Source: the human T2T-CHM13v2.0 reference genome, Homo sapiens | Assembly (NCBI RefSeq): GCF_009914755.1 | Contig: NC_060934.1 | Direction: 5' to 3' (one strand) | DNA length: 64,000 bases | Shown here: positions 1 to 36,986 of the stretch, one piece after another | Position numbering within the stretch: position 1 is the stretch's first letter | Layout: every line of letters starts with the position of its first letter | Position numbers and translations under genes: made by a program | Notes under the pieces: model-generated | Told to the model about the DNA's origin: nothing | Database searches by the model: none | Seen by the model: only the letters and a program-made list of their open reading frames with translations

Positions 1-48
1 AAGTCAGCAGCTTCTATTAACAAGAATTCACCATCATTGTCTTCAATC
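1..48 (-). CDS. ECD: ECD coding exon (inferred exon 4), truncated by window edge; (R)IEDNDGEFLLIEAAD
   Basis: Acceptor AG at 50-49 after a pyrimidine tract. Phase-2 join to the 3827-3944 exon. Continues the recognised ECD peptide. Confidence 0.93.
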
Positions 49-409
49 CTAATGCAAGAAAATTTCCAATTTTGCATTCAAAAAGCATATATCTGCTAGT
101 AACCAAAACAGTTTCATTCTAATACATTTTCCTCTTCATCTTAGTAAATATTTGAGTATGTACTATGTGCAGATGGCTATAAGAAAGCAAAATATTTAAG
201 ATAACATTAAGCACTGAAGGAGACTGTAAGATTGTAAGGAGGAGTTGAAGGTAGATATGATAAGGAGAGAAGATAAGCAATTTACATAAAGAAATATTAG
301 ACAAAAATATGAAAATATACGAAAGTACTATAGGGTTCCAAAAGAAAAAAAAGAAACACATAGCTGAGATTAGAAAAGCCTTCATGTAGGAGGTGTTATT
401 TGGGCCTGA

Positions 410-3702
<3,293 letters not shown>

Positions 3703-3708
3703 CTATTA

Positions 3709-4014
<306 letters not shown>

Positions 4015-4379
4015 TCAACTGAATACACATTCATTGACTGATTGCTCTAAGTACTGGGGAGCAGGGGTTGCAATCCTGAAGAAGAAGCCTACTCCTGAGG
4101 AGCTCAGGGTAAAACAAGACAACCAAATGATCTCAAAACAAGATAATGAACTCTAGAACAGGAGTGTGCAGTAACGGCTATGTGAGTATAAAGGAGGGGA
4201 TATCTGTGCTATGCTTGCCTGGAGGAATGACAAGAGGTGAGCTTTCCAGAAAAATGGAAAAGTATGTGCAAAGGCACAGAGGCATGATGTATAGAGTATG
4301 TATGTATAGAGTATTCTGGGAATACCAGGACGCTAGATTTGGATGGAGCAGAAGTTTTCAAACATGTGCACTATTCACA

Positions 4380-5330
4380 AACACATGGAAACTAAACAAC
4401 AACACACTCTTGGAATAAATCACAGGGAAATTAGAAAATATCTTGGGACAAATGAAAATGAATGCACATCATACCAAAACTTAAGGAATTCAGTGAAAGC
4501 AGTGCTAAAAAGGAAGTTTGTAGTTGTGAAAGATCTCAAATCAACAACCTATACCTCAAAAAAAAAAAACAAAAACTAAACCCAAACCTAGCATAAGGAA
4601 GGAAATAATAAACATTACAGCAGAGAGAAATATAGAGACCAGAAAAAATAATAGAAAAACAAAACAGCTGAGTTGGGTTTTTTTTAAAAGATTGACAAAC
4701 TATTAACTTGATTAACCAGGAATAAGAGCAAATACTCAAATAACTAAAATCGGAAATGAAAGAGGGGACAGTACAACTTATGTCATAGAAATAAGAAGGA
4801 TAAGAGAATTCTATGAACAATGGTATACCAGTAAGTTGGATAACCTATAAGAAATTGACAAATTCCTAGAAACACAACCTGTCAAGACTGGATCATGAGA
4901 AATACAAAAATCTGAACAGATCTATAACTAGTAAGGAGATTGAATCAATAATCCAAAAGCTCCTAACAAAGAAAAGCTGGCTTCACCGGGGAATTCTTCC
5001 AAACATTTAAAGAATTTGACACCAATCCTCCTCAAAATCTTCCAAAAAAATAAAAGGGAGGGAATTCCCAAATTCCTTCTGAGGCCAGCATTACCCTAAT
5101 ACCAAAGCCAGACAAAGACAATATGAGAAAGCTGTAGATCAATATCCCTGATGAGTATCAATGCAGAAATCCTTAACAAAATATCAGCAATCTGAATTCA
5201 ACAACACATTAAATAGATTATTCACCACGACCAAGCGAGATTTATTCCTGGGATGCAAGGATGGTTCAACACACGAAAATCAATGTACAGTTAATATCCC
5301 ACATTAACAGAATGAAGGTCAAACAAGTGC
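4380..5330 (+). mobile_element. Old L1M ORF2 fragment; L2-like remnants flank it (~4000-4350, ~5480-5880)
   Basis: Degenerate L1 ORF2 sequence (gaggccagcattaccctaataccaaagccagacaaagac). Confidence 0.82.
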
Positions 5331-6173
5331 ATTACAGAGTGTCTCAAGAGCTGCCATGGCAAACAATAGGTAGAAGAACAGCCCAACCAACTCTTCTTCT
5401 CCCCACCCCAGATCTCAAGTTTCTTCAACTAGAGAACTCCAATTAAAGTAACTATTTTTGTCTATATTAGACTTTGATTTAAATTTCATCTTGAAGCAAT
5501 GGGAACTACTGAAGGATATTAAGCAGGAGAGTGACACAATCAAATTTGTGTTTTACAAACATAACCAGCAACAGTGTTAGGAACTAGAAAGACAGGAACC
5601 AGAGAGGTAAGTTAGGAGGCTGTTGTTGTTTTCCAGATGTAGAGATAAAGAGGGTCTACACTGAAGCCAAATAGATGTAGAGAAGGGGTCATATTTTAGA
5701 AGCATTCAGGATTTAGCATCTGACTGAACATGGTGAAGTGAGGAACTGATTATGATTTTGAATTACTGACTAGCTTGGATAACTGGGTGGATGGCAATGC
5801 CATTAAACAAGATAAGAAAACAGTAAAAATGGTTTTCTAGAGGATGGATAAAGGGTTGGTTTTAGATGTGCTACACCAATGTGACAGTGTTCTTGCCAAT
5901 AAATATCATATGTATTTCAATGAATAAGAGTTCAATAAAATTAACAGTAAGATATGTAGCAATTGTTGCCAAAAGATAACAGATACGCACTAAACTGAGA
6001 GTATCACAGTGATGTATACTTGTGATGTATACATGGGGGGTATATCTTGTGATGGTATCACAAGATGCCAGGCTCCTGATCCCAAATAAGACCTCACATA
6101 AGTCACTGTGTAAGGAGAGACTTGGTCACCTACCCATGATTTATTTTCATAAAACTATAAGAAATGATAGAAC

Positions 6174-6556
6174 TGTAATGTGACCAGTTCCCCACCAGAC
6201 TACTTAAGGGTATATGTCTGCTGCTTAAACTTCAAAGGCCAGCTGGCAAGCCAAAGCCATCATGCCTAGCAGAGGAGCAGGTCCTGAGAACCCAAACATT
6301 GCAGGGCATAGCTGGGAACATACCAAGGAAAACAGTGTCATTGCATATACGCAGTAGGCAAAGAGCCAAAAAATTAGCTTACTAGCAACTTAAATATGGG
6401 AGGTGGGGTGGATTTCTAGAGCTGTCCTGATGCTGCCCAGGAGTGTCTTGTCTGTAAGTCCTAATAAACTCATCTACTTGCCAAGATAGACCTGTCCGAG
6501 TCATTCTTTGGTCTCTCCGCTCCCTCCTAGTTTAATCCTGGGTTTTTCTCATAACA
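6174..6556 (+). mobile_element. Solo ERV LTR, subfamily not assigned
   Basis: TGT...ACA termini, AATAAA at 6463-6468, near-TSD gaac/ggac. Confidence 0.65.
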
Positions 6557-6997
6557 GGACAGAGTGCCATATTTTGCCAGAGGTCAGATCTCAAGCACCA
6601 ACAACACAGGGAAGCAATGAAGAAACCTCAAAATGCTTGTAAGTGGCAAATATTAGTCATAAAGCCCAATTATTTATCTTTATAAGCTGGGCAGAGCCAC
6701 TCAGATCCTCACCAAAATGGCTATATGAAACAAGGCAGCCTACCAAACACATCACCAAAATAAGGAATCCTGAGTAACAGCAAAAGGAACCATGATTAAA
6801 GCCAGATGCCTGAAACTATTTAGTATAGATACTTAGATACATTATGGCATAGTGTAGTAACTAAAGTTCAAAAGAATAGCCATGAGTTTAATAATGTTTA
6901 GTATATGCTAATTCCTAAGGCAAATTTAGAAAGTTTTCATTAATATGATTTTTTTTAAAAAAAAGCTTTAAGGCTAACTGAATATAGACAAGTATTA

Positions 6998-7432
<435 letters not shown>

Positions 7433-7446
7433 CTAAAATTTAGTTA

Positions 7447-10760
<3,314 letters not shown>

Positions 10761-11258
10761 TACCTCTTAATTTTCTAAGGGTTTTCCTTATCTCTTAATT
10801 TTCTAAGGGTTTTCCTAAATAAGAGTACTAGTTTATTCTTGCTGCCAGGTGATGCTTGGTAAAGAAAGAAATGGCGGTGGATGGACCACCCTAACTCCAT
10901 GATTCCAATCTTACTCAGCTTTCTAAGAGACTCGTAAGGAACCTGCTTCTTCTTATCCAGACACCCACTCACCACAGTCTAACCAAATCATCATTTTGCC
11001 TTTCAACCCAGAGGGACAGACAGTAATTTTACCCATCCACCCCATAACGCCAAACACACGTCATCATGCAGAATTTGGTGTCAGAACTGGAAGGGACTCT
11101 ATGATCACTCAGGCTAATACCTCACTGTACATATGAGAAAACCCAGAGTACAGAAAAAGAAGCGACCAAGCAGCAGGGGCTTGACTTGGAGTCTAGTGCT
11201 CTTTCCCCAGTCTAGGCTCCCTCCTGCCATCTAACAAAATGAAGCCAATTTCTCTTAC

Positions 11259-11490
11259 GGTTCTAGGGCCTCTCCTTCGCGTCTCTGCTGTGGCACCTTT
11301 CCTTAGCCGCCTCTCCGACTGCGAGAGCTGATCGAGAGCTGCCACCGGCCGCCGAAGCCTGGATCAGGCTCTGTCCCGACGCCTGACCGGAACCTGAAGC
11401 CAGCGGAAATCCTGAGAGAAAGTCTGAAACCCACTCAGTCCCCGAAACCTTGTGTGTCGTCACTGCTGTGCGTCGGCGGGAGCATTTTGC
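11259..11490 (-). other. ECD: ECD non-coding first exon (5' end approximate)
   Basis: CC|GTAAGA donor at 11258 on the edge of the CpG island. The exon 2 acceptor requires an upstream exon. TSS cannot be fixed from sequence. Confidence 0.7.
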
Positions 11491-11703
11491 GAGTGTCCGG
11501 GGGCCTTCGTCACTTCCGCCCCCGCGGCAAAGCAGGGAGGTCGGAGGACTGGAGAGGTGGGGACCCTGGGGAGGTGGCTGCTCGGAGTCTAGGTGACGGG
11601 GCGAGACGGGGCCGGTAGGTGGCGGGAGGGGCCGGGCCGGAGCCGGCGGGAGGGCCAGGCCCGGAGGCCCCCACCCTGGCGTGCCTGCCCCGGCCGCGGC
11701 TGA

Positions 11704-11733
11704 GGAGGAGGAGGAGGAGGAGGAGGAGGAGGA
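11704..11733 (+). repeat. (GGA)10 trinucleotide repeat ending in the A of the FAM149B1 ATG
   Basis: Ten perfect GGA units read directly. Confidence 0.97.
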
Positions 11734-11779
11734 TGATCTCCAGATACACTCGGAAGGCGGTGCCACAGAGCTTGGAGCT
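11733..11779 (+). CDS. FAM149B1: FAM149B1 exon 1 coding part, 47 nt; MISRYTRKAVPQSLE(L)
   Basis: ATG with A at -3 and GTGAGT donor at 11780. In frame with all six downstream exons. N-terminus recognised. Confidence 0.92.
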
Positions 11780-12064
11780 GTGAGTGGACTGCTCAGCCAC
11801 CCCAGCCGGGGCGGGCGGCGGGCGCTCTGGGGACCCTCCTTGACCAGTCCTTCGTTCCTTTCCTTTCCCAGGGCTGGGGAGAGATTTTTCTTCGGAATTC
11901 TCTCCTCTCAGCCCTGCTGGACCCTGCCCCTTCTTCCTCCATCTCCAGCTGAGGGCGTGTCGCCCTTCGTCTGAAATTCCTGAAATCAAGCACTGGGTCT
12001 GCTGAAGCATTTGTAGCATCCGCAGTGCTTCAGGTCCCATTGTTAATGGCCATGGTAGCTCGAG

Positions 12065-15890
<3,826 letters not shown>

Positions 15891-16127
15891 TATTTGAGAT
15901 TTATGATAAACATTTGCATATTAAAGACCTGGAAGATCTCTTGTAAAGAAATCTGTGTAACTTTGTTCAACCTATTACAGTTCCTGAATGTATTTGACTA
16001 CAGAGTTTTGTGAGGAAAGTCTACCGCAGATTACTAGGAACATATATTGATTGACCCCATAGATTACTGGAACATATAATGATTGACCCCATAGCTTAAT
16101 CCAGTGCATACATTGGAGTCTCTAGAG

Positions 16128-17978
16128 CAGCAATATTCAATACAAATATGATATAAGCCACATATGTAATTTAAAATTTTCAGGTGGTCACATTAAAAAA
16201 GAAAGGTGAAATTGGCCGAGTGCAGTGGCTCATGTCTTGAATCCCAGTACTTTGGGAGGCTGAGGTAGGAGGATCATTTGAGGCCAGGAGTTAGAGACAG
16301 CCTGAGCAACATAACAAGATCCCAATCTCTACAAAAAAAAAAAAAATTAAAGATTAAATAATTAGCCAAGTGTGGTGGTGAGTACCTGTAGTCTCAGATA
16401 CACAGGAGGCTGAGACAGAAGAATCCCTTGAGCCCAGGAGGTCAAGGCTGCAGTGAGCTATGACCACACCACTGTACTCCAGCTTGGACAACACAGCAAG
16501 ACCCCATCTCAAAAAATAAAATAAAAGTGAAATTTTTTTACCTTTTTATTTTGAAATAATTATAGACTCACAGGAAGTTGTAAAAATAGTACCAAGAATC
16601 CCATGAACTTTTCACTCAGCTTCCCCCAATGATGACATCTTATGTAACTGTGGTATAATTTAAAAGCCAGGAAAATGACGTTGGTACAATACTGTTAACT
16701 AGACCTACAGACCTTATCCAGTTTTTACATCCACTCCTGTGTGTGTGTATGTGTGTATATAGTTCTTTCTATGCAATTTGGTCCCATTTACAGATTACTG
16801 CAAATACGACTATAAATCAAGATAGCTGTTTCATCCCCACCAAGGAACTTCACTGGGTATCCCTATCCCTTTATAGTTATATCCACTCTTGTCTCCATCC
16901 CTGGCAACCATTAATCTGTTCTCTACCACTATAGTTTTGTCCAATGTACCATTATATAAATGGCCCTTAAACAATGCAGGGGTTAGGGGTATTGACCCCC
17001 TGTACAGTAAAACATCCATGTTCAACTTTTGACTCCCCAGAACTTAACCACTAATAGCCTACTGTTGACTGGAAGCCTTACCAATAACATAGTCAACACA
17101 AAAATAGACTGGTAGTTACATATATTTTACACATTCATGACATACCTTTTTCTTAAATTTTTTCGATATTTCTAGGCTACATGGTTCATCTGTTGAGTTT
17201 CTTCAAATTGTTGCAAATCTCCAAAAAATTTTCCAATATATTTATTGAAAAAAATCTGCATATAAATGGGCTCACACAGTTTAAACCTGTGTTGTTCAAG
17301 GTCAACTGTAGTAGTTAATGGTTTTTCTATTGGCTTTGGCTTTTTGCACTAAAAAGCATGGTGCTTTTGAGATCCATCCAAGTTGTTGCATGTATCAATA
17401 GTTTATTTCTCTTTATTGCTGAATAATATTTCATTATGTGGAAATATCAATGTTAAAGGACATTTGAGTTGTTTTCAGTTATTTTTTTCAACTGTAAATA
17501 AAGCTGCTGTGAACATTTGTATACAGATTTTTGTATGAATGTAAGTTTTCATTTCTCTAGGCATAATGCCCAAGAGTGCAACTGCTAGGGCTCTGGGTAA
17601 ATGCATATGTTTAGTTTTATTAGAAACTGTCAAACTATTCCAGAATGGCTATACCATTTGACATTCCTGCCAGCAATGTATGAGACATCCGGTTTCTCCA
17701 CATCCATGCCTGCATTTTGTGTTATCATTATTTTTAATTTTAGCTGTTCTAATTGGTGTGTGGTGATATCTACTATATTTTCAACTTGTAGTGACATTAA
17801 TTTTAAGAATATATTTTAACAACCCAATATATCCAAAATATTATCATTTTAATATGTAATCAAGATAATAAATGAAGTATTGCAAATTCTTCTTGAAATC
17901 CAATGTGTTTTACACTTAAAACACAATTCTGACTAGCCAGATTTTAATCACTGGTGGCTACCATATCAGACAGTGCAG
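16128..17978 (-). mobile_element. MER33-like hAT DNA transposon interrupted by AluJ (16214-16526) and an L1M 3' fragment (~16535-17790)
   Basis: Two halves at 16128-16213 and 17791-17978. 8-bp TSD ctctagag/ttccagag. Confidence 0.75.
16957..17308 (-). mobile_element. Tigger2a-like (TcMar) non-autonomous DNA transposon
   Basis: Inverted termini (..ggcccttaaacaa / ttgttcaaggtcaactg) flanked by TA. Confidence 0.75.
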
Positions 17979-18078
17979 TTCCAGAGCAGAGGAAGTAGGT
18001 GACTAACTTCTAGATTAAATTATTGAATTGTATGTATTTTTTTATACAGGAAATATAACTTTGTTTTGTCTTTCACAG

Positions 18079-18183
18079 GAAAGGAATAACAAAACATGCT
18101 CTTAACCATCATCCCCCTCCAGAGAAGCTGGAGGAAATTTCCCCCACCAGTGACAGTCATGAGAAAGACACAAGTTCCCAAAG
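18079..18183 (+). CDS. FAM149B1: FAM149B1 exon 2, 105 nt; KGITKHALNHHPPPEKLEEISPTSDSHEKDTSSQ
   Basis: tttcacag acceptor, GTAATA donor, phase 2/2, open frame. Confidence 0.93.
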
Positions 18184-18477
18184 GTAATAACACAAAGTGT
18201 ACTTGTTTACTTATTGCACTTGCTCATGGCAGAGGTTTTGTTTTTTGGCTTAAGATTGGTGTCAAGCCTTGTGCTAATGAAAACAAAGCAAGAATTTTTG
18301 TCATGTTCTCAGTACCATTTAGTTTTCATTCTGAAACAGCTAATGACAACATCATACATATTTTCATAACCTTTGAGAAGTAGTATTATAAAGTAGTTAA
18401 GAACACGGATAATCTGCCATGGGATTAGAATGAAAAAACAAACAAACAAACACACAAACAAACAAAAAAACAGAACA

Positions 18478-19090
18478 TGGAGCTTGGTACTTACAATCCC
18501 AGCACTATAGGAGGCCAAAAGGTGGGAGGATCATTTAAGCCCAGGAGTTTAAGACCAGCATGGGCAACATGGCAAACCCCATCTCTACAAAAAAATAAAT
18601 AAATAAAATAACATAGCCAAGTGTGGGGATGTGCACTTGTGGTCCCAGCTACTACAGAAGCTGACATGGGAAGATTGCTTGAGCCCAGAAGGTCAAGGCT
18701 GCAGTAAGCTGTGTTTACACCACGATACTCCAGCCTGGGTGAAAGAGCAAGACGTTGTTTCAAGAAAAAACATAAATAGGGCCGGGCGCGGTGGCTCACG
18801 CCTGTAATCCCAACACTTTGGGAGGCCGAGGTGCACGGATCACGAGGTCAGGAGATCGAAACCATCCTGGCTAACACGGTGAAACCCCGTCTCTACTAAA
18901 AATACAAAAAAATTAGCCAGGCATGGTGGTGGGGGCCCGTAGTCCCAGCTACTCAGGAGGCTGAGGCAGGAGAATGGCATGAACCCGGGAGGCGGAGCTT
19001 GCAGTGAGCCAAGATCACACCACTGCACTCCAGCCTGGGCAACAGAGCGAGACTCCTTCTCAAAAAAAAAAAAAAAAAGAAAAGAAAAAA
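18478..19090 (+). mobile_element. Tandem AluJ (~18478-18775) and AluY (~18779-19090)
   Basis: Alu consensus. TSD aaaaaacataaat around the AluY. Confidence 0.92.
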
Positions 19091-19275
19091 CATAAATTAA
19101 ATAAATATCAGAAAGAGCAAGATTATAAAAAACAAACAATAAAATAACATAACATAAATAAAAAAGAACATGGACTCAGGAGGAGTTCAACATCTGATTT
19201 TTAATCCTGGTCCTACAACTTATTAGCTGAGTAACATTGGGAAAATTACTTAACTGATAATAGTGTATCTTATAG

Positions 19276-19796
19276 CAGCAGTCCCCAACCTTTTTGGCAC
19301 CAGGGACCAGTTTTGTGGAAGACAGTTTTTCCATGGACTGTGCAGTGGGGTGAGGGATGGTTTCAGGATGATTCAAGTGCATTACATTTATTATACACTT
19401 TATTTCTATTATTTTTACATTGTAATATATGATGAAATAATTATACAACTCACCATAATGTAGAATCAGTGGGAGCCTTGAGCTTGTTTTCCTGCAACTA
19501 GATGGTTCCATCCGGGGATGATGGGAGACAGTGACAGATGATCAGGCATTAGATTCCCATAAGGAATGCACAACCTAGATCCCTTGCATGCGCAGTTTGT
19601 GCTCCTGTGAGAATCTGATGCCACCACTGATCTGACAGAAGGCAGAGCTCAGGTGGTAATGCGAGCCATGGGGAGCTGCTGTAAATACAGATGAAGCTTC
19701 ATGCACTCACCTGCCACTTACCTCCTGCTCTGCAGCCCAGTTCCTAACAGGCCACAGACCAGCACCGGTCTGTGACCCCGGGGTTCGGGACCCCTG
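19276..19796 (+). mobile_element. MER1A-like hAT-Charlie element inserted in a MIR (~19185-19890)
   Basis: TIRs cagcagtccccaacc / ggttcgggacccctg. 8-bp TSD tcttatag/tctcatag. 521 bp. Confidence 0.85.
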
Positions 19797-19973
19797 TCTC
19801 ATAGGATGTTGCAAATATTAATGAGATAATGTATGTAAAACTTGGCACGATGCTTGGCATGTAGTAAATGCTGAGTAAATATTAGCTGTAGTTATTTTAA
19901 GTAATAGAACAGGGAAGATGGTTCTTCAGTCTCTCAGAACTTCTATTAGTGTCTGAGATGCAATGTGTGATTA

Positions 19974-23081
<3,108 letters not shown>

Positions 23082-24079
23082 GAAACCTGCTTTTTTTTTA
23101 ACAAAAAGCCTGCTAATTGTTAAAACCTATTTTCTAATCATTTTGAATGTACATATACTTTCCTTATATATAGTTGTATGATACATGTACATACTATTTT
23201 GTGGCCTATTTTTTTCATTTACCATCATTTTATATAGACATTTACTACTCCACACTGGTCAATCTGAATGTTATATAATATTTTCCTGTCTTAATATATC
23301 ATAATTGGATCTTTCCCTTATTATCTGATACTTGGGTTTTCACGTTTTTTTCGTTCATTCCACAAATATTTATTGAGCATGGTTGTTTTCCCTGTACTTG
23401 GCCTTGGGAATATGGGGTGAGTGAGACTTACATGATTCAATAGTCTAATGAGGGAGATTGACAAAAGTAAATACAAAAGGTGATAAGTGCTCTAAGAAAG
23501 ATGACAGGGTGCTGAAATAGAACATTATCAGGGGGATTCATTATCAGGGATCTCTGGTAAGGTAGATCTGAGACTTGAAGACAGAAGAGCTAGCCATGTG
23601 AAGAGTGAGGAAAAGAGTTTTCCAGACAGGTAACCAGCAGCATATGCAAAAGCCCAAGGAGGAGAAGAGCTTCATGTTTCCAAGGGAAAGTGTTTGGTGT
23701 ATTCTTGCAACTGATAAAAGGTCAGGGTGGTTGGATGATGGAAAACCAGGGGGAGAAAAGCACAAATGAGATTAGAGAGGTAGGTGGGACTAGATCATTA
23801 GGGCCCTGCAGGCCAAAGAATTTAAATTGTATTCTAATAATTAGATGCCTCATCAGGAAGATTTAGTATACTGACTAAATATTTCCATTAGTTCTCTCTA
23901 TATTATGATTTGTATCTCTTTATAACTTATAAACGTCATACAGATGTTTCCCATGTCCTTGCTTTCCTTTTGGCATTTATAGTCTAACAGGTTTTTAAAA
24001 TATATTCACATATAGCCATCTTACTTTTGACCTTCATTTCTTCACTAGTCAGGATTTTATCTTTAGAAAAATTGAATGT

Positions 24080-25903
<1,824 letters not shown>

Positions 25904-25919
25904 TTGCTGCATGACTTTC

Positions 25920-26290
25920 TAGGTTAGAAAGCAACACAGCTTCTGGCTGGCTCTTTCCATCTCTCTCATCTGAATGGTGGACCTCAGAATCCAGCCATCA
26001 TATTGCGAGGAAGTTCAGACCACATGAAAAGGCTCATGTAGAGAGGAATTAAAGCCCCAGTTGAAAGCCAGCATCAGCTGCCAGACATGTGAGTAAATGA
26101 GCATTAAGATGTTTTCAGCTCCCAGCCTTTGAGTCTTCTGACTAAGGCCTCAGATATTGTGGAGCAGAGATAAGCCATTCCTGCTGTGCCTCTATATAAA
26201 TTCCTGACCCATATAAACCCGGAGAGATAATACATGATTATTGTTGTTTTAAGCTATTAAGTTTTGCAGTAATTTGTTACACTGCCAGAG
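25920..26290 (+). mobile_element. MLT1-type MaLR LTR fragment
   Basis: MLT1-like 3' end (ttgttgttttaagctattaagttttgcagtaatttgttac). Confidence 0.65.
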
Positions 26291-26539
26291 TAACTGAAGC
26301 ACTCCTCTCTTGCTGCTTAAGGTCATAAAAACTGCTTAGGCACTCTCTTACCTTTCTTGGGCTCCTATCGCACACCAGGCCTTCCTCCTGTACAGATCCC
26401 CTCCTGTTGTCTCTGTCTCCCTGCCTGGGGACAATTTTCTGACTGTGTAAGAGTGAACTAGAGTCCAAGCAAAGCAATGGTGGTCCCACTGTGCTGAGGA
26501 GCAGAGACGAGAGTTCAGGGTAGAGGAAGAGAAGAGAAC

Positions 26540-33270
<6,731 letters not shown>

Positions 33271-34113
33271 AAAATTTTAAAGTCCTCAAAGAGTTAAAGG
33301 ACAAGATAACATCTATTTAAATTATTAGAGGTTTTAAAACAAAGCAGGTAAAGATATTAACTTAAGAACAGGCAAATATGAAGAACCAGTTAAACATCTT
33401 CAAAATGAATAGCATTTGAAATATCTCAATATACAAGGTAAGCTGGACCCAGTGAAACAGATAGTAGCTAATTGAATGCTAGAACTAAGAAAATCACCTA
33501 GAACCAGGGAACTAAAGACAGAATTTGAAGAGTAGTTAGGAGACATGGAGGATGGATTAAGAAACTGCAATATATTTCTAACAGAAATTTTAGAGAATAA
33601 GAAAGAGGCAATGTTCAAAGAAGTAGTCACTGATTTTTTTTTTTTTTTAGACCCGAAGAAAGACATGTTTGAAAAGTCTATCAGGTGAAAGACAATTTTT
33701 TTAGAGAGGGGTCTTGCTATATTGTCCAGGTTGGAACACAATGGCTAGCCACAAGTGCCACCATGGTCCAGTATAGCCTCAAACTCTCGGGCTCAAGCAG
33801 TCCTCCTAACTCTGCTTCCTGATTGATTCACTGCGACTACAGGTGTCGGCCACCATCGCCAGCTTTGGACAAATTAAAAAACAAAAAACAAAAAAAAAAC
33901 CCACTCCCAGACAGATAGATATAATTTTTATTGGGTAGGGGTTGACTTTCATTTTTAGGGTGAAAATACATTATTTTCAAACATAGATATGACTTTTCTC
34001 CCACTGGAACACTGGAATGTAAAAGGATGTGTAAATTTAGATGTAGTAGAGGATAAGCAAGGAATCTGAAGAAAATGATCAGATTTGCATTTTGTAACCA
34101 TCCCTCTGACTGC

Positions 34114-35616
<1,503 letters not shown>

Positions 35617-35617
35617 T

Positions 35618-35717
35618 AGGCTAATCAAGTGAAGCAGTAGGAGTGGAGAGGAAACAAAGAAATCCATAAAGTGGTTGTGATCAATTAGCTGTAAACACCA
35701 CTGTACTTGGACCAGCC
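35618..35717 (-). pseudogene. Y3 RNA (RNY3-like) retropseudogene with A-tail at 35592-35617
   Basis: Reverse complement GGCTGGTCCAAGTACAGTGGTGTTTACAGCTAATTGATCACAACCA...CTGCTTCACTTGATTAGCC matches the recalled hY3 sequence over its full ~100 nt. Confidence 0.92.
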
Positions 35718-35947
35718 TAAAAAACAGACATTTATCTAAATTTTCTTTAAATATGAATGGAGAAGATACCTGAAAATTCCGAGATCTGAAAACTCACTAA
35801 TTTAACTTTTCTTTCGTGGAAACACAGCAGTATTTCAAGTAGACTAAATATGTAAACAAAACAAGTCTTACTGCTTTTAATCTTTATAATTTTTAACAGA
35901 GAGTGAATCAGCTCACCTAAATATTTGGGGGGAATATTTTCTTCTAG

Positions 35948-36094
<147 letters not shown>

Positions 36095-36866
36095 TGAAGC
36101 CCTCCAGTTGACTTGTATTCATGGCTAATACTAAAATTTAAAAAGTAGATTTAAAAAAAAAGCTTGTATTCTGAAATCTTTATGAGCATGACTTTAATGA
36201 ATGTAAATAAGGCCATGTGGTATAAAGCCTTGGCTAAGAGAAAACTTAAGTTGGTAGAAGTTTCTTAGAGTTTCCTTAACTAACAATATGTGATCCTAAT
36301 CAAGTAAAAACTATTTCTACAACAGCAGCTGAGGTCTGAGTATCTGAGTATCAAAAAGCCCTTCTTTTGAACAAGATGGTCAGAAAATGTACACTGTTGT
36401 ATACAATTAAATTCTTATGTATACTTGAAACCAGACATAGGCTATTCAAGAGCTTCCTTCAGAAACTGCAGTAGTACCACTTATTGCACATACTCAAAAT
36501 TTACAAAGCTTCACGTTTTTAAGAATATAATTCGTAGTTTTTACTAATTTGGCTGGGCCTCCATCCCATTTTGACTGATTTAATGAGGACTATTATAGAG
36601 CATGAAGGGCAGATTACAGATGTTTGCTTAGATTTCTTGTATTTTTTTTTTTAACAGCTGGGCTATAGGTTTATCTTTTCCATCTCCATTCTATGGAAGA
36701 GATATACCTGTAGTAAGGCTCTGGATTCACATTTTCTCATTCTTAATCAGTATCAGACTGTATACTGGACTTTTATGTTGAGCCATCAAATGTGTCCAAA
36801 ATATATCTAGATTTTGTATGTATGCCAGTGAAGGTACTTAATTGTGTCTGTGTTTCTTCATTTTGA

Positions 36867-36986
<120 letters not shown>

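Larger units (their letters stand above)
11260..11990. promoter_or_regulatory. CpG island / bidirectional promoter of ECD and FAM149B1
   Basis: Only non-Alu CpG-dense, GC-rich stretch in the window. ETS motif CACTTCCGCC at 11511-11520 overlaps a CGTCA half-CRE. GC boxes present. Divergent first exons on both sides. Confidence 0.88.

Noticed and set aside
11263-12040. Long ORFs over the CpG island with poly-Ser, poly-Leu or poly-Glu (167, 176, 97 aa)
   Set aside because: Stop-poor GC-rich DNA plus the GGA repeat read in other frames; some use non-ATG starts. The spliced FAM149B1 frame from 11733 explains the region.
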